Positions 51,775 to 58,475 of a stretch of DNA of 64,000 nucleotides are shown here, piece by piece. Each line of letters begins with the position of its first letter. The first letter of the stretch is position 1. Under the pieces are notes generated by a model. The model worked only from the letters and a program-made list of their open reading frames with translations. It was not told the origin of the DNA and ran no database searches. The stretch lies in NCBI GenBank assembly GCA_017538795.1, contig JAFYIE010000103.1, forward strand, positions 111 through 64,110, given 5' to 3'. The stretch comes from Bacteroidales bacterium (GTDB taxonomy: Bacteria > Bacteroidota > Bacteroidia > Bacteroidales > F082). A program made the translations under genes and the position numbers.

Positions 51775-52383
51775 ATGGATACAAAGGCTCTTTCAAAAAT
51801 AGGATACGGTCTTTATGTCCTGACGACGAACTACGATAACATCGACAATGGCTGCATCATCAACACGGTGCAGCAGGTGACAAGCGAGCCGCTGAGGTTG
51901 TCGATAGTTGTCAACAAGAAAAACTACACGCACGATCTCATTTTGGACTCGTGCGTGTTCAATATCAACGTGTTGACGACGGAGACACCGTTTAAGGTGT
52001 TTGAGCATTTCGGGTTTCAGTCGGGAAGGAACGTGAACAAGTTCGCTGGTTGCGAGCAGGAGCTTCGCGCCGTGAACCATGTGCTGTATCTGCCGAGATA
52101 TATCAACGCATATTTCGCATGCAGAGTTGTGAAGTCGGTAGATCTCGGCACCCACACCATGTTCATCGCCGATGTGCTCGACGCGGTGAATGTTAATGAC
52201 TTAGACTCAGTCACCTACGATTATTATCAGAAAAACATCAAGCCGAAGAAGAAGGTGACGAAGGGCTGCTGGGTGTGCAAGGTCTGCGGCTGGGTGTATG
52301 AAGGCGAGCAGCTGCCTGATGACATCGTGTGCCCGCTGTGCAAGCACGGGAAGGAAGAGTTTGAGTACGTGGAGCCGACGTGA
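51775..52383 (+). CDS. Flavin-reductase-domain / rubredoxin-domain fusion (high-molecular-weight rubredoxin, Hrb-like)
   Basis: 202 aa. The N-terminal flavin reductase-like domain (YGLYVLTT...GCIINTV) is followed by a C-terminal CWVCKVCGWVYEG...CPLCKHGKEEFE rubredoxin knuckle pair. Confidence 0.8.
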   Translation: MDTKALSKIGYGLYVLTTNYDNIDNGCIINTVQQVTSEPLRLSIVVNKKNYTHDLILDSCVFNINVLTTETPFKVFEHFGFQSGRNVNKFAGCEQELRAVNHVLYLPRYINAYFACRVVKSVDLGTHTMFIADVLDAVNVNDLDSVTYDYYQKNIKPKKKVTKGCWVCKVCGWVYEGEQLPDDIVCPLCKHGKEEFEYVEPT

Positions 52384-52440
52384 AGAGAAGAGTTAGAAGT
52401 TAGTAGTGAGAAGTTAGAAGTTAATCAGTTAAATAGTTTT
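52384..52440 (+). repeat. AGTT-core tandem array, about 8 units, filling the whole Hrb-FDP spacer
   Basis: AGAGAAG AGTTAGA AGTTAGT AGTGAGA AGTTAGA AGTTAATC AGTTAAAT AGTTTTAAT, then ATG. Confidence 0.8.
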
Positions 52441-52443
52441 AAT

Positions 52444-53628
52444 ATGAAAATACAGTTAGTGGAAAATATTTATTACGTGGGGGTGAATGACCGCCGCACG
52501 GAGATGTTTGAGAACCACATGGAGTTGCCGAATGGTGTGTCGTATAACTCGTATCTTATTGTAGATGATAAGGTTGCGTTGATCGACCCGGTGGAGCCGG
52601 AGTTCATGGCGCAGTATATGTTTCAGATCAAGCGCATCTTGGGCGACCGCAAAGTCGACTACCTGATTGTGAACCACGACGAGCCGGATCACAGCGGCTC
52701 GGTGGGAGCGGTGTTGAGAGAATGGCCTGAGGTGACGGTTGTCGGAAATGCCAAGACTTTCGCGCCATTGGAGAACTTCTACGGTGCCATCGCAAACAAG
52801 AAAATCGTGGCTGAAGGTGAGACGTTGAGTCTTGGAAAGCACACACTGCAGTTTTTTATGGCTCCGATGTGTCACTGGCCTGAGTCGATGGCGACATACG
52901 AGCAGAGCACGAAGATCATCTTTTCGAACGACGCTTTCGGAGGTTTCGGTGCTTTGAATGGCGGCATCTTCGACGACGAAGTGAATCTCGATTTTTACGA
53001 GGACGACATGCGCCGTTACTATGCCAACATCGTCGGAAAGGTAGCGATGATGGCGCTGAAGACTATCCAGAAAGTAGGCACCCTCGACATCAAGATGATT
53101 GCTCCATCGCATGGATTGATTTGGAGAAGCAACCTTCAATGGGTCGTTGAGCGTTACACTGCATGGAGTTTGCAGCAGGCCAAAGAAGGCGTGGTTATCG
53201 TGTATGGCTCGATGTACGGCAACACCGGCAGAATGGCTGATATAGTGGCAAGAGGCGTGGCAGACGCCGGCGTCAAAGAGATCAAGGTGTACGACGTGTC
53301 GAAGACGGAGACGTCGTTCATTTTCAGCGACATCTGGAAATACAAAGGCGTTATTTTAGGAGCCTGCTCGCACTACGGCAGCATCTTCCCTAACATGACA
53401 GGACTGCTTCACGAGTTGGCCGAGTACAAGCCACAGAACAAGGTGTTCGGTCTGTTTGGCGGCGCATCGTGGAGCGGAGGCGGTCTCAAGACATTGAAAG
53501 AAAACGCTGAAGCATGCAAGTGGAACATCGTTGGCGAGCCTGTCGAGGTGAAGGGAGCGCCGATTAGAGAGGAAGACATTGAAAAGCTTTATAATCTCGG
53601 TCTCGAAATTGGTAAAAACTTAAAATAA
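52444..53628 (+). CDS. Flavodiiron protein (rubredoxin:oxygen/NO oxidoreductase, FprA/ROO type)
   Basis: 394 aa. The metallo-beta-lactamase-like diiron domain (NHDEPDHSG) is followed by a C-terminal flavodoxin domain (VVIVYGSMYGNT). Confidence 0.9.
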   Translation: MKIQLVENIYYVGVNDRRTEMFENHMELPNGVSYNSYLIVDDKVALIDPVEPEFMAQYMFQIKRILGDRKVDYLIVNHDEPDHSGSVGAVLREWPEVTVVGNAKTFAPLENFYGAIANKKIVAEGETLSLGKHTLQFFMAPMCHWPESMATYEQSTKIIFSNDAFGGFGALNGGIFDDEVNLDFYEDDMRRYYANIVGKVAMMALKTIQKVGTLDIKMIAPSHGLIWRSNLQWVVERYTAWSLQQAKEGVVIVYGSMYGNTGRMADIVARGVADAGVKEIKVYDVSKTETSFIFSDIWKYKGVILGACSHYGSIFPNMTGLLHELAEYKPQNKVFGLFGGASWSGGGLKTLKENAEACKWNIVGEPVEVKGAPIREEDIEKLYNLGLEIGKNLK

Positions 53629-53634
53629 AGAATT

Positions 53635-54210
53635 ATGATTGAATTACCGAAATTACCGTATGCTTTGGACGCACTAGCGCCGCATATCTCGCAAAAGACA
53701 TTAGAATTTCACTATGGCAAGCATCACAACGCCTATGTGAACAACTTGAACAAACTCATCGTTGGCACTCCGTTTGAGAACAAAACGCTTGAAGAGATAG
53801 TGAAGACTACGCAGGGAGGCATGTTCAACAACGCTGCTCAGGTGTGGAACCACACTTTTTACTGGAACTGCATGACGCCGAATCCGAAAAAAGCTGCTCC
53901 GGAAGGCAAACTCATGGAAGCCATAGTGCGTGACTTCGGAAGCTTCGACGCTTTTAAAGAGAAGTTTATCAATGCTTGCGTGACGTTGTTTGGCTCAGGA
54001 TGGGCTTGGCTTGTTGCCGACAAAGACGGAAAGCTCTCGATAGTGCAGACTTCAAACGCACAGACGCCTCTGACAGAAGGCCTGAAGCCGCTGTTGGTGT
54101 GCGACGTGTGGGAGCACGCATACTATCTGGATTACCAGAACCTTCGTGCCAACTACGTGAACGAGTTCTGGGCAATAATTAACTGGGAGTTTGTAGAATC
54201 AAATTATTAG
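53635..54210 (+). CDS. sodB: Fe/Mn superoxide dismutase
   Basis: 191 aa with LPKLPYALDALAPHIS..EFHYGKHH and DVWEHAYYLDYQN. Confidence 0.92.
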   Translation: MIELPKLPYALDALAPHISQKTLEFHYGKHHNAYVNNLNKLIVGTPFENKTLEEIVKTTQGGMFNNAAQVWNHTFYWNCMTPNPKKAAPEGKLMEAIVRDFGSFDAFKEKFINACVTLFGSGWAWLVADKDGKLSIVQTSNAQTPLTEGLKPLLVCDVWEHAYYLDYQNLRANYVNEFWAIINWEFVESNY

Positions 54211-54212
54211 TA

Positions 54213-55337
54213 CTAATAACTTTCTATAGTTTCAAGTTCCTGATAATAAATCTGCGGAACTTCCTCGTGATAATCTCTGCTGTAAAAGTCGGCCGGTTTT
54301 AACAATTTTCCGAACACAAAATCCTGAATGAGCACGAACTCGTTGCCTTCGCTGAGGAGCGCGTATTTGTGGTCAGGATCCTTAATCATATCGTCGAAAT
54401 TGTTGATATCTTCTTCAGAATAGTCGTACATATCAGCGTTGGCGCGCATGTTATATGTGGTGACGCTGACGCTTTTGCCGTCTTTGGTGGTGAGTGTCAG
54501 GCGTTGTTGAAAAGGCGAGTTGATGATAGAATCGCGTCTCTCCGGCTTGATATCGTCGAGGAACGCCTCAAAACGCACGTTGTTGAACGACGACATGAGG
54601 TTCAGAACTCTCAAAGTGTCGAACTCCACAGGCTGTCCGTTGAGACGGCTCATGGTATACTGGTAGCGCCCGTTTTCATTGATGATGAAGCCATTATCCG
54701 GGTCGTTGTAGATCTCAAGTTTCAGCGACTTAATGTTTCCTAGCTGTTCGTTGAAGATTAGATGATCGCGCCAGTCGGTAGGGTTGGCGGTAAAACGTGA
54801 GCTGATGAAGCCTCTCAAACCGTTGAGATGAGCAATGAAGACTTTGTCGGAGCCTTCTTTCAGGACGTAGGTGCCCATGTTGTCGCGCGTAACGTTGCCA
54901 ATATAAAACACCTTGCTGCATTTCTCGTGATAGAATAGTTTTACCTTGTTGAAGAGGTTGATGCGCGGCATCATCTGGTAGATCTCCACCTTGGTGTTGG
55001 TGCTCGACATACGGGTGATGATACCATCGCTTTTCTTGTTCGATACAGGCATCTTGATTCTCATGCGGTTTAATGTGTAGAGAATCTTGTTAATCATCTT
55101 TTGTGACGCCGGAAACTCGTCGTTGACGATCCAACAGCTGTCGGTGCGGCGCAGAAGCACCTGGTTGCCACTTTTGTCGGCAAGGAACAGCTTGGTGATG
55201 CTGGCGGTGTCGTAGACGGTGAAATCCGACGCCTCGTCGTTCAAAGTGCTGAGATAGCTGTTGTTTCCGATGAGGATGCCCGCGATGACGAGAAGCACGA
55301 GAGCAATCACTATTGCGATGGTGTTATTTTTTTTCAT
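54213..55337 (-). CDS. Membrane-anchored protein downstream of gldG (DUF4340-like)
   Basis: The start is taken at the ATG at 55337 (MKKNNTIAIVIALVLLVIAGILIG), which forms an ATGA overlap with the gldG stop. The longer ORF-track start at 55427 would overlap gldG by 94 nt. The family call is from gene context and topology only. Confidence 0.5.
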   Translation of the reverse strand: MKKNNTIAIVIALVLLVIAGILIGNNSYLSTLNDEASDFTVYDTASITKLFLADKSGNQVLLRRTDSCWIVNDEFPASQKMINKILYTLNRMRIKMPVSNKKSDGIITRMSSTNTKVEIYQMMPRINLFNKVKLFYHEKCSKVFYIGNVTRDNMGTYVLKEGSDKVFIAHLNGLRGFISSRFTANPTDWRDHLIFNEQLGNIKSLKLEIYNDPDNGFIINENGRYQYTMSRLNGQPVEFDTLRVLNLMSSFNNVRFEAFLDDIKPERRDSIINSPFQQRLTLTTKDGKSVSVTTYNMRANADMYDYSEEDINNFDDMIKDPDHKYALLSEGNEFVLIQDFVFGKLLKPADFYSRDYHEEVPQIYYQELETIESY

Positions 55338-57097
55338 CTTGTAAATTTTTTCTTTCTTAAAATAGCGAGAACTATTCCTAAAATTATCATGATGGCGCTT
55401 GGCAAAATCACGTTGACGACCTGCCACAGCGTCGGGTTGTCGTTGACTTTATTCATGTCGAGAAGCCGTATCTTAAGCTCTCGCGAACGGATATTGATGA
55501 GGCCGTCGCCCTCGAGGAGATAAGAGATGGCGTTTTCAATAAACTGCTTGTTGCCGTAGGTGTTGTTGGTGTATTGGTCGTAGCCCAACGGCAGCGGTGA
55601 GCCGACGCGTTTGTTGTTTTTCTTGGCGTAGTCGAGTTGCGCCAGCTGGTTGCGGATGATGTCACCGTCGGCGATGACGATCATGGAGGTGTTGGCGCTC
55701 TCTGTCTTGAAACCTATCTCCGACGAGTTTGTTATCTCGACAGGCATGCGGTTCTCGTAAAGCGAATGGAACACTCCGTTGAGGAGATATGCCGTCATGA
55801 TGCCTTTTTGTGGAAACATGCTTGCGCTCGGGCGCTGGTTCAAGATATCCAGCGAGATGTAAACTGGCGCGCTCGACACCTTGGTGTAATCAGATGTCTT
55901 CAGAAGCGGTATCTTCTGAATCTCAGGTGCTGATGTCGTTGGCTCCAAAGAGCTTACGAAGTCTGCCTTCACCGCTTCGAGGTTTCTCACGATAGGATGT
56001 TCCGATGCCGGACTGAGCAGCGGGAAATAATACCAAGGCAGGAGTATGCTCTGCATGTTGTTGCCTTGTCCGGTGACGAGTCCGATTTGTGCGCACGGAT
56101 AGGAGAGAAGCAGGTTCTTGTTCATGCGCAGTCCGTATTTGAAGAGCTGGTCGTCGAGGTTTAGGTTGAGCGCCAGTCCCATGGTGGATTCGGCGTTCTG
56201 CAGGCTGTCCATCGAGGCGCTGACAGGATCGAGGAGCCACATCACCTTGCCGCCGTACATGATGTACTGGTCGATAATGAACTTGTCTTTTTCGGAGAAC
56301 GGGATGGTAGGTTTCGCGATGATGATAGCATCGTAAGAAGGCTTGATGACGATGTTGCTGTCGCGGTCGAAGTCTCTCTTCATCAACGAGTTAATTTGTT
56401 CGTTGAGCGTGGTGCGTTTGATGAAGTATTTCTTCGAGATGGCGTTGGCGATGTCGTAAACCTCGAGGTCGCTGAGCTCGCCGTGACCGTCGACGAATGC
56501 CACGGTAGCCCTGTTCTTCGTAGAAATTTCTTTTATCGCGCTGATGAGCTTGTATTCAAGATCTTGAGCCGAGTTGTTTAGCACGGCCTCCTGACTTTGT
56601 CCCGACTGTCCCGAAAGGAGGTCGATAGGCAGTTCGTTCTCGCGGTAACTCAGGATGATGCCTGGCCAAATCATGATTTGCTGCAATCCGGTGTTGGTCT
56701 GAACCGTCTCGGTGTAATAATTCAAGCCGCTTTGATAAAGGATCTTATACGTCTCCTGACGTTCTACAGGGTCGTTGCTTTCCGACGGGTTAATGAATTC
56801 ATAGTCAATGAATTTGCTGTAGGCTCGGAACTCGTCGAGCATCTCTTTCGTCTCCTTGCGGAGCTTTTTGAAGCCTGCCGGGAACTCGCCTTCAAGATAA
56901 ACACGGAAGAAGACGTAGTCGTCGAGGTTCTTCAAGATGTCTCTCGAGGTGTTGGAGATGGTGTAGCGTTTCTCGGAAGTGAGGTCGAGACGGGTGTAGA
57001 CAAACGAGCCTATAATGTTTATCAACACAATGATTATCAATGTGATAACCAAAGATGTGATTTCGTTGCGTTTGATATTTTTTCTCTTGTTTTCCAT
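55334..57097 (-). CDS. gldG: Gliding-motility-associated ABC transporter accessory protein GldG
   Basis: 587 aa with an N-terminal TM, the motif RLDLTSEKRYTISNTS, a large extracytoplasmic domain and a C-terminal TM. It lies directly downstream of gldF. Confidence 0.78.
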   Translation of the reverse strand: MENKRKNIKRNEITSLVITLIIIVLINIIGSFVYTRLDLTSEKRYTISNTSRDILKNLDDYVFFRVYLEGEFPAGFKKLRKETKEMLDEFRAYSKFIDYEFINPSESNDPVERQETYKILYQSGLNYYTETVQTNTGLQQIMIWPGIILSYRENELPIDLLSGQSGQSQEAVLNNSAQDLEYKLISAIKEISTKNRATVAFVDGHGELSDLEVYDIANAISKKYFIKRTTLNEQINSLMKRDFDRDSNIVIKPSYDAIIIAKPTIPFSEKDKFIIDQYIMYGGKVMWLLDPVSASMDSLQNAESTMGLALNLNLDDQLFKYGLRMNKNLLLSYPCAQIGLVTGQGNNMQSILLPWYYFPLLSPASEHPIVRNLEAVKADFVSSLEPTTSAPEIQKIPLLKTSDYTKVSSAPVYISLDILNQRPSASMFPQKGIMTAYLLNGVFHSLYENRMPVEITNSSEIGFKTESANTSMIVIADGDIIRNQLAQLDYAKKNNKRVGSPLPLGYDQYTNNTYGNKQFIENAISYLLEGDGLINIRSRELKIRLLDMNKVNDNPTLWQVVNVILPSAIMIILGIVLAILRKKKFTR

Positions 57098-57106
57098 CGC
57101 CGCCTC

Positions 57107-57838
57107 CTACCATTTTCTGCTCGACAAAGTGAGTTTTGTCAGGCTTAAGAATAACACAATCACGCTGAGAAAATATATCAGGTCGCGGGTGTCGATGACG
57201 CCGCGGCTCATTGAGCTGTAGTGCGCCGACATGCCGAGTTGCTGGATGAAAAGGTCGACTTTTCCGAACAACGCCATCGAGTAGATGAGGTCGAAGCCGA
57301 TGTAAAGGAATCCGCAGAGGAACACCGACAAGATAAACGCGAGAATCTGGTTGTTGGTGACAGAGCTGCAGAAGACTCCTATCGAGACGAATGCAGAGCT
57401 TAGGAAAAACAACCCGATGTAAGAGCCCCAGATGCCGCCGTGGTCGACGTTGCCGACGGGCATGGCGAGACGTGAGACGGAGATGTAATAAATTAATGTC
57501 GGGATGAGCGATAGGAGCACCAACGCTACGCCTGCGAGGTATTTGGCGCACACAATCTGCCAGTCGGAGAGTGGCTTGGTGAGAAGCATCTCGATGGTTC
57601 CGGTGCGACGTTCCTCGGCGAAGAAACGCATGGTGACGGCCGGCACTAGAAACAGAAACACCCACGGAGCCAAGATGAAGAGGCTGTCGAGGCTCGCGTA
57701 GCCATACGACATGATGTTGAAATCGCTCTTAAACACCCACAGAAACAGTCCGGTGATGAGCAAAAAGACCACCACCACCATGATTCCGATGAGGGAGCTT
57801 AAGAAGTTGTTTATCTCTTTTCTGAAAAGCGCGTACAT
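57107..57838 (-). CDS. gldF: Gliding-motility-associated ABC-2 permease GldF
   Basis: 243 aa with 6 TM segments. The N-terminus FRKEINNFLSSLIGIMVVVVFLLITGLFLWVF is typical of GldF. Confidence 0.78.
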   Translation of the reverse strand: MYALFRKEINNFLSSLIGIMVVVVFLLITGLFLWVFKSDFNIMSYGYASLDSLFILAPWVFLFLVPAVTMRFFAEERRTGTIEMLLTKPLSDWQIVCAKYLAGVALVLLSLIPTLIYYISVSRLAMPVGNVDHGGIWGSYIGLFFLSSAFVSIGVFCSSVTNNQILAFILSVFLCGFLYIGFDLIYSMALFGKVDLFIQQLGMSAHYSSMSRGVIDTRDLIYFLSVIVLFLSLTKLTLSSRKW

Positions 57839-57840
57839 TA

Positions 57841-58371
57841 TTATTCTCCTTCAAATGATATTGAACTGAAGACTGGAAAGCCGGTAAGATGTTCACGTCC
57901 TTTAAGTTCGGAAAGCTCGATAAGTACACTGATGCCAGCCACTATGCCGCCAGTCTTTTCCACCAGCTGCGTGATTGCCTTGGTGGTGCCACCGGTAGCC
58001 AGCAGGTCGTCGACGATGAGCACCTTGGTGCCAGGTTTATAGCTGTCGACATGCATCTCCAGACGGCTGGTACCATACTCCAAGTCATATTCCTGAGCGA
58101 TGACTTTGGTTGGTAGCTTCCCCTTTTTACGAATCAAGACCAAAGGCTTGTGCATCTTATAAGCCATGGCAGCGCCAAAGATGAAACCGCGGGCTTCAGC
58201 ACCTGCGATGACATCAAAATCAATGTCTTTCACCTTTTCGCACATGTCGTCAATAGCTTGATGGAAGCCCTCAGCGTCATTGATCAATGTGGTTATATCA
58301 CGGAAAATGATTCCTGGTTTTGGGAAATCCGGTATGGAACGTACGTAGTCTTTCAAGTCTTTCATGTCCAA
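57841..58371 (-). CDS. apt: Adenine phosphoribosyltransferase
   Basis: 176 aa with IPDFPKPGIIFRDIT and the PRPP motif VLIVDDLLATGGT. Confidence 0.92.
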   Translation of the reverse strand: MDMKDLKDYVRSIPDFPKPGIIFRDITTLINDAEGFHQAIDDMCEKVKDIDFDVIAGAEARGFIFGAAMAYKMHKPLVLIRKKGKLPTKVIAQEYDLEYGTSRLEMHVDSYKPGTKVLIVDDLLATGGTTKAITQLVEKTGGIVAGISVLIELSELKGREHLTGFPVFSSISFEGE

Positions 58372-58427
58372 AAATTTTAGGTAGCAAAAATACTAAAAAT
58401 TTATGTGAAATGAGATAGTTTTTTTTA

Positions 58428-58435
58428 TAAATTTG
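58428..58435 (+). promoter_or_regulatory. -7 promoter box TAAATTTG
   Basis: Exact TAnnTTTG, 40 nt upstream of the ATG at 58476. Confidence 0.4.
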
Positions 58436-58475
58436 CGATGATGAATTTAGATATGTTAACATAAAGAGATAGACC

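Noticed and set aside
52456-53139. 227-aa minus-strand ORF
   Set aside because: It is antisense to the flavodiiron protein gene, which has unambiguous motifs. This is a shadow frame.
56892-57665. 257-aa minus-strand ORF overlapping gldG and gldF in another frame
   Set aside because: It is out of frame on the same strand as two genes with clear family signatures. Its composition is rich in Arg, His and Pro, and it crosses the gldF/gldG boundary.
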